From Chrysemys picta bellii (taxonomy: Eukaryota), in NCBI RefSeq assembly GCF_011386835.1, contig NC_088807.1, positions 3,472,001-3,536,000 on the forward strand: 64,000 nucleotides of DNA, read 5' to 3'. A program made the position numbers and the translations under genes. Under the pieces are notes generated by a model. The model was not told where the DNA came from. It saw only the letters and a list, made by a program, of their open reading frames with translations, and ran no database searches. Shown here piece after piece: positions 25,346-38,312 of this stretch; the stretch's first letter is position 1; each line of letters opens with the position of its first letter.

Positions 25346-28320
25346 TGGCGCCAGCGTAATCGCTGGCCCCGTGGCGGCATTCCTCTGTAAACAAGCGCCG
25401 GAATTCCTCGTCTTCCATCCTGATCTGTCCGAACCAAGAGCGCTGCTGAAACTGAACAAGTGTTGCTGGAAGTTGTTGCTGGGTTTGGCTGTGGGTCTCC
25501 TCGTTGCTAATCTCGTCCTGGCACGTACCGTGGAGCGACGACGTCAATCCGGCGTGCCTCGGCTTTCCTCAGTGCCCCCGGTTCACCGCCGAGCGGTAGA
25601 GTTGGCATAACTGTGTGCGGTTCTGTAGGACTGTAGCTTTGTAGCTCGGCATCGCAGTGTCCCCACAGAGACTGCTGATGGGCATGAAACATGGCAGCAG
25701 CTGCTGCTCCTACATGAGCATTCTCCACGTGGGTCATCCGGTATTGACGCTGTTGGATGCTTGCCGGTAATCGTTAATATACAACACCATAAATGGCTGG
25801 CCTGCTGGGCCAGACAGATAACGGGTCTCTTCCCCACAGGGCCTTTGCCTGCACCACTGCCTTCTGCTCAGAGTAGAATGTAGCTATTGAGAACTTGTTC
25901 GGCCGTTTGAGGTTGGCCAGGGAAGGCCTATTTGAAACAGGGCAAAGGGCCAGGCATTTGGTCAGACTCGACTCTGTTCTTCATTGCCAGGGACCTCCTC
26001 TGAACCTTTCACCTTTCCCCCAGCTGTCCCCAAGACTGGGATCCATCTGTTAACAGCACAGCCCTAGCTTGGCTGCCCCCTTAGTCACATCTCCTTGCTG
26101 TGGTGAAAGTGTCTTCCTAGGCCCACGGACTCCTGAGGAGCAGGGGGTTCTTGCATCTGCATCCAAAGCCACTTTCCCTGGCAGCGTGGGACTCCAAGCT
26201 TATGCGGACGGGGTTGCTTGGATGAGATTCAGCTGCTCCGGCCGGAGTCTTGCCTGTCGGCCACTAGGCAACCGTGCGCTCTGCGGGAAAGACGCTACAC
26301 GGTATAAATCCGTGTGCTGTGCAGGCAGAGGCTTGGCGCAGACGCCTGCGTATTGATCTGGCGGGGGAGCAGCTTTGAGGACGGCCTGCGGTGCTCTGGG
26401 GGTGCTGGCGACCGCGTGGCAGGGGACGGGAGGCGGGTTGCCGCATTGCACTGCAATAGGTGCTTAAAAATAAACCCCGTTGTTGTTCCGTGTGTGACGC
26501 TGCCCCCGTAATTTACCCAGTGCTGTCAGTCACCCTCCCCACTCCTCACCCCAGTCGCTGAAAGCAGGGCTGGGGGGGAGAGGGCAGCCGGGAGCTGCCT
26601 GTGAGAGCCATGGAGAGGACTGCAGCAGTGTGCAGTGAAGACAGGAGCAGAAGGAGGGAGCAGGCACCTTTGCAGGACATGACCCCACCACACTGATCCG
26701 TTCCTTAAGTGCCTTTTGGATTCCAAGGCTATAGAACCACTTGCCTGGGGATATGATCTGTGTTACGAGAACTTAGAACCTCTCCCTCCACTTTGCTGCC
26801 TGTTCCGCACCATAGCAGAGGCAGGATACGTGCAAGAAAAGACCATACAATCTACAAATAGTCTGTTTCTTTTGTGCCTCCTGCTTTGAGGTGGCACCTT
26901 CTTACTTTTCTGGAGACCAGCGGATCATCGCAGCCTGGGTCAGCCACCGTGCGGGAACCTCAGGGTGTAGGACACTGGTCTTCCAGATATCTAGATTCAC
27001 ACGGGAAGGAAGTCCTAGGTGAGTGGCTAGAGCAAGGTCTGCGATTGGACTCTCAAATATTCCTGGATTGAGGAGGAAGTGGTTAAAAGTCAGGACACCT
27101 GTGTTCTATTCCCTGGGTGCCCGTAATCTCTCTGTGCCTCACTTCCTACTCTAGAGAAAGGAGTGTCCGGCCTCAAAGCCTTTCCCGGGAGTTCTCAGCA
27201 CCAAGCGGGCTCACAAGTGTGTTACAAATGCGACGGTCACTGCGTGAATTTCCAGTGATCCCAGAGGCCCTGGCACGGGCAGGTCTCTGGAGGACATGGG
27301 CCTCGAAGCATTAAACAGCCTAAATGTATTCCACCCCTCCTCTTACCGCTCTTAAATGGAGTTCGAGGCTTCAGCCTCTTCCTCCAACCAGTACCGGGGA
27401 GAAGGCAGCGTCCTGCGGAGAGCCTGCTGCAGCTGGATGTCGGCCAGGCTTCCCCTGGGAGAGAGAGCTGCTGCCGCTGCACATTTTGTTAACAGGCGTG
27501 TTTGTGGCAAAACAAAGGCCTCTCCGCGCTCGCGTCCGAGACGCTCGCCAAGGCCATCCAACGCAGTCCCCAGAGTCTGCTGGGGCTCCAGCCCTGAGGC
27601 GGAGCGGCCCTCCGATCTTCCCTAGCGAGTTGGGGACTTCTCTGGCAAGACTTATTCTGGCAGAGGGCCCGTTGACCTCGCTGGGAGTCTTGCCCCACAG
27701 ACTCGAGGCCTTGTCTTCCTGCGTGCAGGCAGGGTTTCGTGCAGTACAGAGATGGGGAGGGGGAACAGGGGCGTAGGCCAGGAAGAAAGGAGTTGTGTCC
27801 TTAGCTGAGACTTCAAACGGGAAGGAGAGGTGGACAGCTACAGGAAGGCCGCTCCTGGTAGCGGCTGCTGCAAGGAAGAAGACTTTTGTGGCGAGGGGTT
27901 GGACCGCCGGGGGCTGGTGAAGCAGCTGCCGGTAGGGAAGCCAAGTTGGAGACGGGCGGAGAGAAGGCAGAGCTGGGGAAGAGCAGCTTGGCACAGGGCG
28001 GCCCAGGGAGTTGGCTGCGGGGGCGTTTTGTGCTCCCTGGGACACAGGAGGGTGAAGAAGTGTAAACAAGCAATGGGAGGGAGGGGCGAGGTTCTCTGCC
28101 GAGCGGCTTAAAACTCAATGGCTGGGAGGCTTTATAATCTGTGATCCCAGGAATTTCTGGCCGTGGGGCGGCTGGTGACTACAGCCCAAAGTGCCTCTGG
28201 CTTGTAGTAGCAATTCTTCGCATTCCTCTTCCCTCTGAGGGTCATCAGGGCTTGACAAAGAGCTTCACAGCGCCCCCTCTTTAACGAACTCGGAGTATCC
28301 CCAGCTCTCTTACACGGGGC

Positions 28321-28412
28321 TAGGGTGACCAGATGTCCTGATTTCCCCCCCCCCCTCCCCCCCCAAAAAAATCCCCATCCCGATTTTTCACACTTGCTGT
28401 CTGGTCATTCTA
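28321..28412. mobile_element. hAT (Blackjack-like) MITE, internally deleted relative of 871-993
   Basis: TAGGGTGACCAGATGTCC ... TCTGGTCATTCTA; perfect 8-bp TSD cacggggc. Confidence 0.85.
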
Positions 28413-29659
28413 CACGGGGCACGCCGAGGCCCTGACTCCAGTCCCCTGCTCCAGCCACTAACAGAGCCGACCTCTCAGCACGCCAGGCTGGGGGGCCTGA
28501 AAGCGACTGCAGTTGACCAGCAGAGACGCAACTGCTCTGCGCCACTTTCTGCATTACGCTTCAGCTCTTCTCCCGCATGGTAGCTGCTGCTGATTGCAAG
28601 CCCCCGAAGCGGTCAGTGGGATTCGGGCACCAGCTGAGCCGTTGTGGAGATGGTTCTGACCTGAGCTCGAACGCGGCTGGTGGTTGCATTCACGCTGTCT
28701 GCATTACAGACCCTGCTCGCCTCTTCGGCCCCATGGATGGAGTTTCTCTCCCCTCTCCCTCTTTCTTTCCCTAACTAGCTTCCTGGCGGGGGTCCTAGTG
28801 TTGCCAGGACGGGTCCCTCTGCTGTAGCCGCTAGCAGGATGGGTTTGTCTGGGAGGACCTCGTGCCTGCACGGCTGTATTATCACCACCTACAGCCCCGC
28901 TGTGCTAGACACCTCTATCACCCCTGCCACAAATTGCTTACGGACCCAGTAATCTTTTCTCCTTTCTGCTGTAAAAGGTTGGGGCTCTGTCCTGCTACCT
29001 CCCACAAGCCTGCTATCACATTACATCCAGACCTGCGGCACCATCTGCTCTTCCAGCCCTGGGCTCCCACACAGCTCTGCCTCCAGTCCCGAGCTGCTGC
29101 GCCCTAGGGCGGCTCAACCAAATGTCAGTCGTTCTGAGTTACGTGGTGTCTGTGGGTTGTTTTGGTGACGTTTTCATGTGCACCATCCCAGTTCGTTTTG
29201 TCAGCAAACTGCAAACACGCTCAGGTCGGGCCGAGGCGCAGGCCGCGGTTTTGTAATTGCTGCGTGTCCCTGCGTGATCAGACAGGCGAGCAAGCCCTTC
29301 CGTTTCGTAACTGGGGGGTGCCCAGAAACCCGCAGCCCATGCAAAGCCTCTGCCTCTCCAGGCTGGAGTTGGTAAGACAGGGCAGCCAGGTGAGAAGGGG
29401 AGGGGACTGGGCCATCATCCGACACAGCTGGAGGTGGGGAAAAGTCACGTCCTGCATAAATGAGCAGAGATGACGCCGTTTAGATAAAATACGTTCCCAT
29501 AGGAGGTGGGGTTGGGAGTGTTAAACTCCAGGCTTTTCTAACCTGCAGAGAAAAGACATCAGTCAACGTTGCAAGGAAAGATGTAAAATCCCCCAGCCTA
29601 GCGACTGCCTGGCTTGGAGGCAGGCTCAGATCTATCCCGGGTTAACAGCGAGCTGGTTT

Positions 29660-29829
29660 CATAGAATATCAGGGTTGGAAGGGACCTCAGGAGGTATCTA
29701 GTCCAACCCCTTGCTCAAAGCAGGACCAATCCCCAGACAGATTTTTACCCCAAATGGCCCTCTTAAGGATTGAACTCACAACCCTGGGTTTAGCAGGCCA
29801 ATGCTCAAACCACTGAGCTATCCCTCCCC
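29660..29829 (-). mobile_element. Turtle polIII/Cry-type tRNA-derived SINE
   Basis: Complete antisense head-to-tail copy; about 8 mismatches over about 170 nt relative to the copy at 41965-42137. Confidence 0.92.
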
Positions 29830-30175
29830 ACTGAGCCTCTGCGGTGACTCCTGCCTGAGAGGAGCTGGTGGGGATCTCCTCTCCGTCCGGAGCGGGCACC
29901 ATACCCATTAGCAGTGCCTTTGCTGGCAGTAGCAGAGAGGCCAGGTGGATAGGACCTGGAGACTGTGAGCACATTGGGGGTGTGTGGAGGCGTGTGCTTG
30001 CACTGGTAGGTGTGAAGAGCCTGCCCCTTGTTTGTCCCTGTTGGTGTGTCTCCCAGTTGAGCCGCGTGGCTGCCACCCGGCACGTCATGTTCACCACCAG
30101 ACGTTTCATTTTCCTTTTTTTTTTCTTTTCTGTGTGTCTGTGTGTTTTTTTTTCCATCCCATGTCCTGCGCGAAG

Positions 30176-30871
30176 ACCATCGTGCGGGGCAACAAAACCG
30201 CCAAGGACGGCTCCCTGACCTGGCTGCTGGATGAGTTTGAGAACATGTCGGTGTCCCGCTCCAACTCGCTGCGCCGGGACAGCCCCCCCCTCCAGCCCCG
30301 CCGTGACCAGCTCTTCCACCAGAACGGCCTCAACGAGGGGCCGGGCAAAGCCCAGCCCCTCGAGGACAGGAATAAGGACCACAAAGAGAGGGCTCACCAC
30401 CAGGCCAGGAACGAGCTGGATCGGGACAGGGAAAGGAACCGGGACAGGGAGGAGAACCGGGCCCACCCACAGCAGCCCCGAGGGCAGGAGCCCAGCGGCA
30501 AATCCACCAAGCACCCTGGCGGCAGGCCGCCCCCTCCTGAGTACCACAAGCCCTCTAAGGAGGGCAGGCCCAGGGCCCATGACCGGGATGGGAGGCGGGA
30601 CTACCCGGCGGAGCGGGACTACAGCGAGCCGGCCGACCGCGTGGTCAGGCGGGATCGCAATGACGCCTCCGATAAGAGACCCAAGTCCACGTACACCGGG
30701 GAGAAAAGCCCACAATCCCCGCGGGACAAGCGCCCGCTCTCCGGGCCCAATATCCGGACTCCAAACATCCCAGTCTCCGAAGGGGTGATGAAGACAGCTC
30801 AGCAGACTGGCCGGCCTTTTAATACGTATCCACGAGCTGAGACTGACCCTGTCAGGGGCACAGGTTCTCAG
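30176..30871 (+). CDS. PAK4: PAK4 coding exon 2 (696 nt, phase 0-0)
   Basis: TIVRGNKTAKDGSLTWLLDEFENMSVSRSNSLRRDSPP... to ...FNTYPRAETDPVRGTGSQ; acceptor gcgaag|acc; donor CAG|gtaaag. Confidence 0.93.
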
Positions 30872-31757
30872 GTAAAGGTTCCCCCACCCCTCAGGCCATG
30901 ATCCAGGTTAGGTAAGAACCGAGCCCTCCTGACAATCCGGCAGCTAAGGCTGAGCTGTGTTCGGGCTCGGTTCGCTCCCAGCCTGCCATCAGTGCCCCCA
31001 GAGCAGATGCACTCTCCCAGGCAAAGCACCCCCCCTCCTTTGCTTCAGAAGTTAATCCTCCGCTAAGCGGCTTCTTCCATAAGGTATATCCCCTCGATCG
31101 ATGTAAGGCCTGTCGAACCAGGTGTTTCTGGCAGGCTGCTGGCGTGGGTGGCGGGATGGTTTGGTGGACGCTTCTGTGCATCGTGGCGCTAAACGTCTAG
31201 CGTGCAGCGAAGATGGCTCGTTCCTTTCGAACAGCTGCACGCTCTGCAGGAGCCGGGTCCCTGGACCGCTGCCTCTGAGCCCTGTAGCAAGCCGACGCCA
31301 CCGCTACCCTGGTCTCCTTCAGCGGCTGCATGCTCTGCATCACCACTGGCTTGGCTCCCTGTCCTCCTCTCGCAAGCCTTGCACTGCCGCACCGCGCTGT
31401 CATCCGGACGCAGCTTTGCTCCCTGCACTGTCTCCTGGAACTGCACCTGTCTCCTCTCCACGCTCTGCGTTCTCGGTAGCTCTCCCGCCCTGCGCACCTT
31501 TCCTGCTGCCGCCGCGCTCCCCATAGCAATCCTGCACCACCGCTGCCCTGTCCTTCCAGCTGCAGCCCCGCGCGGTGCGTTAGGAATGCTGACGGACGCT
31601 TGAGGCCTCTCTCGCAAGGCCGTGTCCGGTAGAAACACCTGTAGCTGCTGTCTGGATGTCTGGTTTTCTTTTTCCTTTCCTCGTACCTACTCCCTCTCCC
31701 CCACAGCCATCCCAGTGCAGATCTCTCTCTCTGTCTCTCTCATTCAGCAATAGGTAA

Positions 31758-32528
<771 letters not shown>

Positions 32529-33449
32529 TAGCGGGGAGCCCCCCTTCTTCAGAGCCCTGCCTTACGGACAGGGGATAGTGGGGACCGCAGTCCCCTTCGG
32601 GCCGGAGGGTGTGCTGTCAGCGTGGGGCATGCAGTCAGCGCCACTATTGGGGTGCAAACTTGGAAGGGGAGCAGTCCATTTGGCCAGTCTCTTTGAAGTT
32701 GGTTCTGTCATGCTGTCCCCTGGGTGGAAAGTGTCTGGATTTGGGGGGAAAGTGGGGAGGGGGGATGTTTTGGAACGTCCTGTACACATGTGCGTTGCTA
32801 TGTGTTGGAGAAGGAATTCACCCTTCGTTCCTGAGGGAGTTCGTTCTGCAGTCTCAGACCAGGCCCTGAAACGGCTTCGTCTCCTGGCCAGATGAGCTTC
32901 ACCCTTATTGCAGAAACTTGTTCATAGTGACAGAGGGGTGTCGCTGATGACCGCGAACTTCATTGCCGAGTTTTAGTCCGTCTTTTAGCTATCCTGGGCC
33001 CAGGACATTGAGTGCCTTGAAGATAACGGCAGAAAGGTCTTTGGCCAACTCAAGATGCAGGCGGGCGTTCAGCAGGGTTTTCAGAAACGCCTGAGCGAGT
33101 TAGGTGCCTGACCTGCTTAGATGATTTTGAAAAATCTCACTAGGGGCCCGTCTGCATCTTTAGGTGCATAAATTCCTTCACAGGGCCGGCCCTTGGGCTC
33201 CCAATTCCCACTGACAGGTGATGAGACTAGACTCAGAAATCACTTCTGAAAATCGATGTAGGCTCCCCAGTTACATAGGTGCTCCTGGTCCCTGCCCCCT
33301 TCTCCTGATGAGTTTCCAGTCTGACATTGGCTGTACCAGGTCTTAGCGAAGGTTACGGCCGTGAAGTCACCCAGTGGCAGGTTACGGGTACAGGCACTTG
33401 TCTGTTCAGGGAAAAGGGCTGGCTTCTGGCTGCAGTGGGGAGAAGAGAA

Positions 33450-33620
33450 GGGCTCAGATAAACCTCCAGGCGTTGGGAGGGCGAACTTAAAGGAGCAGGG
33501 AGCATCCTTTAGGATGATCCTAAGGGGATTAATTAGGAGAAATGGGATGCGGTTAAACCGTGGAATATTTAGGCTGAATCTCAGGAGATGCTTCCTAGCC
33601 TTGGACTCTGTTACCGCAGC
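33450..33620 (+). mobile_element. Degenerate CR1 ORF2 C-terminal fragment
   Basis: Translation RRNGMRLNRGIFRLNLRRCFL resembles CR1 RxNGxKLxxGxFRLxIRKxFL. Confidence 0.6.
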
Positions 33621-34620
33621 TTCTCTCGCACCGTGGTTCACACGGTACAGACTGGTCACGTGGCGATTGGCTCCTCCTCGTTTCCAGCTGCGAAACTGTA
33701 AGGAGCTAAAAATGCATCGGGCGCAGCGAATGTCACTTCTCTGTGTGAGCAACTGCAGCAGATTCCATTGGGAAACAGGGTGGCCTTGATTGGAAAGGGG
33801 GGTGAGTGACAGGGAATGGGAGGGGGCAGGGAGCCAGGAGGCAGAGACATGGCCGTGCTGTGGGGCGCTTTGGGAGCCCTGCTGTATGTAGCTGCAGAAA
33901 TCGCCTTCCCTGTGGCAGCCCCGTTGCCTGAATCTCTTTAATCTGGGCTGGAGAAGGCACCACAAAACGCACCTCCGGGGAATGTCGCTGATCAAACAGG
34001 CCTGTTAATGCGGCGCTGTTACGGGTCCTTGTTAACCCTGGGCCGTCTGTCTGACCCTGAGCTCCCCAAGGGCAGCCACCCGATGCTTGAAGGTGCAGTG
34101 CGACTTCCTCCTTTCAGTTCGCTGCTTGGCAAAGCCCCTGCGTTCAGCTGAGTCTCCGGACTGCGCGGGCGGAGGCAGGATAGACGCTGGCTGCTCGCTG
34201 AGCCCTCTGCACTACCCCGGGTCAGCTAATGGGTTCGGATAGACACTCCCCATGTGTGCCTAGCATGGGCTCATTAGGGCGGGACCCCGTTAGCCTCGTT
34301 CCTCCCCGATCGCCGAACCAGCAACGCCCAATCCTCCCCCACTAAGCACTTACTGTTACCTCTCCCTCTGTGACTTCGGTCGCCCACATGGCAAATGCCA
34401 CAGGGATACAGTCTCCTTGTAGAGCGAGTGCCACCCGAGCCGATCTCTAGCTAGGCTCTAGGGTGGAATTTCTGGTGGGGTGAACCCACATTCAAGTCAG
34501 GTTTCTTTTCCCCTCCTTTCTAAAAAGGCTTTTCTTCTATACGTCATGGAGCTGCGTCCTCGTTTGCATTGCCGGCTCTTAAACCCCACAGCCCCGTTCC
34601 TCTGCCGGCACCGGCCGTAA

Positions 34621-34956
<336 letters not shown>

Positions 34957-36291
34957 TAGCTCCAGCTCAGGAGTGTGAAAAGCCGGAGGGCAGGAGAGGA
35001 GAGGGTTAGGGAGATGGAGGGGTAGGTTATGTTTGTGGGTCTCTCTCCGCCGCAGGGTTAACTCGGGTGCTGCCCCAACTCTCCCCTGAGTTCAGTGGGG
35101 CTGTGAACCCAGGCTAGCTGGCCCATGCGGACCCGAGTGAGGCTTTCATGCAGGCTGGTAACCTGCCCACTTCACAGTGAGGACGCAGGCTAAATCACCG
35201 AGCACGGATAATCTTCCAGTGCCTACCCACAATTCTCTCTGTGCGCCCAGGACAGACACATTCGCTGCGAAAGAGGTGTAGAGCGGCTCCGCTTCCTGCA
35301 GCGCGAAGACCCATGGGGTGTGCCCCCCGTAGCCCTAGCGACGCCCCTGGGGGGGGAGCGCAGCACCCGTGACTGGCTACACTAACCTGAGTGTGGCTGC
35401 CCTCACGGGGGAGGCTAGCGCGGGACTGTATCGCTCTGCAGGGATGACCCACCCAAAGAGACTAGCGCCAGCCCCAGACAGGCTACATCTGCACTGGCCA
35501 ATCAGCTCGGATGACTGGCCTGGACTCCCTGGGCCAGCCCGGCCCGCGTGTGAGCAGCCACTCTGCAGGGCCGTACCCGAGTTACTGTCTCTCTGCGCTG
35601 TCTGAGGACCCAGCCCAAGGTTCTCTGGGAAATACTCCTGGTGTCTCAGCACAGTCCCTTGGGGGAGAACTCATCTTTCCTTCGGGGGATTTGTGGGAAG
35701 GGCACTGGAGGGTTATCAGGGCTCCAGTGACTTAGCCGGTGTCCTCGCTTTAGAGTGCACGGTTCCAGCTCAAGTTAAAGCAGAGCCGAAAATCTAGGGC
35801 CAGAACCCAGGAATCCTGACTCCCCAACCCCCACTGGAGCTGGGGACAGAACCCAGCAGACCTGACTCCCAGCCACGCTCCTGGGTCAGCTAGCTGGGCT
35901 TAAAACCCCTCCAAACCCAGGCCAGAGGTCTTCCTGTGTAGACGGTAGGGCTAGAGCCCAGGTTCCGTGTGTAGCATAGCTGTACCCCAGAGGCGAGTTT
36001 GGGGTGCAGGCATATCCTGTTCTAGGGGTGGGACTGCCGAGTAGCTCTCTGAGTTGCTTTTCTGCCTAGCACCCCCGCCCCATTGTGCGTGGGTCTCCCT
36101 TGCGGGTCTGCAGTTCTCCGTGAGCCCATTGCGTTCAGGTAGTGATCAGAGCTGGGTGTATCTGCTAAAGGCAGGCTGGGACTTTCCATCCTGGCTCTGC
36201 CAGACTCGCTGTGTGACCGTGAGCAAGTCCTTCCTCGGTTTCCCCATTTACGAAGTGGTGATAATGCTTCCCCCACCTAGGGTGGGTCTGA

Positions 36292-36762
<471 letters not shown>

Positions 36763-36780
36763 TAAATTGCTGGGTAAAGA

Positions 36781-38312
36781 TAACAAGGAGTCCGGTGGCA
36801 CCGTAAAGACTAAAAGATTTATTTGGGCGTAAGCTTTTGTGGGTAAAAACCCCACTTCTTCAGATGCATGGAGTGAAAATTACAGCTGCAGGCATTAAAT
36901 ACTGACACATGAAGAGAAGGGAGTTACCTTTCCAAGTAGAGAACCAGGGTTGACAAGGCCAATTCAGTCAGGGTGGATGTGGTCCACTCCCAATAATTGA
37001 TGAGGAGGTGTCAATACCAAGAGAGGGAAAATTGCTTTTGTAGTGAGCCAGCCACTCCCAGTCCCTATTCAAGCCCCAATTGATGGTGTTAAATTTGCAA
37101 ATGAATTGTAGCTCAGTAGTTTCTCTTTGCAGTCTGTTTTTGAAGGGTTTTTTTGTTCAAGTATGGCTACTTTTAAATCTATTGTTGAGTGTCCAGGGAG
37201 ACTGAAGTGTTCTCCTACTGGCTTTTGTATGTTACCATTCCTGATGTCCGATTTGTGTCCATTTATTCTTTTACGTAGAGACTGTCCAGTTTGGCCGATG
37301 TACATGGCAGGGGGGCATTGCTGGCACGTGATCACATATATCACATTAGTAGACGTGCAGGTGAATGTGCCCCTGATGGTGTGGCTGATGTGGTTGGGTC
37401 TCTGATGGTGTCGCTAGAGTAGATATGGGGACAGAGTAGGCAACGGGGTTTGTTACAGGAATGGGTTCCTGGGTTAGTGTTTCTGTGGCGTGGTGTGTAG
37501 TTGCTAGTGAGTATTTGCTTCAGGTTGGGGGGTTGTCTGTAAGCGAGGACTGGCCTGTCTCCCAAGGTCTGTGAGAGTGAGGGATCGTTTTCCAGGATAG
37601 GTTGTAGATCGTTGATGATGTGCTAGAGAGGTTTTAGCTGGGGGCTGTACGTAATGGCCAGTGGTGTTCTGTTATTTTCCTTGTTGGGCCTGTCCTGTAG
37701 TAGGTGACTTCTGGGTACGTGTCTCGCTCTGTCAATCTGTTTCCTCACTTCCCCAGGTGGGTATTGTAGTTTTAAGAATGCTTGATAGAGATCTTGTAGG
37801 TGTTTGTCTCTGTCTGAGGGATTGGAGCAAATGCGGTTGTATCTTAGGGCTTGGCTGTAGACAATGGATCGTGTGGTGTGTCCTGGATGGAAGCTGGAGG
37901 CGTGTAGGGAAGTATAGCGGTCAGTAGGTTTCCGGTATAGGGTGATGTTTGTGACCATCATTTATTTGCACGGTAGTGTCCAGGAAGTGGCTCTCTTGTG
38001 TGGACTGGTCCAGGCTGAGGTTGATGGTGGGGGTGGAAATTGTTGAAATCTGGTGGAATTCTTCAAGGGCCTCCTTCCCGCGGGTCCATATGATGAAGAT
38101 GTCCTGCAAGTAGAGGGGCGCTAGGGGGCGAGAGCTGAGGAAGCGTAGTTCTAAGTCAGCCATAAAAATGTTGGCATACCGTGGGGCCATGCGGGTACCC
38201 ATAGCAGAGCCGCTGACTTGAAGGTATAAGTTGTCCCCAAATCTGAAGTGGTTGTGGGTGAGGACAAAGTCACAAAGCTCAGCCACCAGGTGTGCCGTGG
38301 CCTCATCAGGGA
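36781..38312 (-). mobile_element. 5'-truncated Penelope-like retroelement (partial RT, GIY-YIG endonuclease, pLTR)
   Basis: Minus-strand frames FVLTHNHFRFGDNLYLQVSGSAMGTRMAPRYANIFM (RT), YRKPTDR...SQALRYNRICSN, and IYVITCQQCPPAMYIGQTGQSLRKRINGH (GIY-YIG). Frameshifted and internally deleted. Confidence 0.93.
36827..36868 (-). ncRNA. Minimal type I hammerhead ribozyme of the Penelope pLTR, mutated
   Basis: Minus strand: GCAU-CUGAAGA-A-GUGGG-GUUUUUA-CCCAC-AAAAGCUU-ACGC. The core GAAA reads AAAA and stem I has one mismatch. Confidence 0.7.

Noticed and set aside
29687-30715. 342-aa minus-strand ORF
   Set aside because: It is the antisense shadow of GC-rich PAK4 exon 2 and starts inside a SINE.
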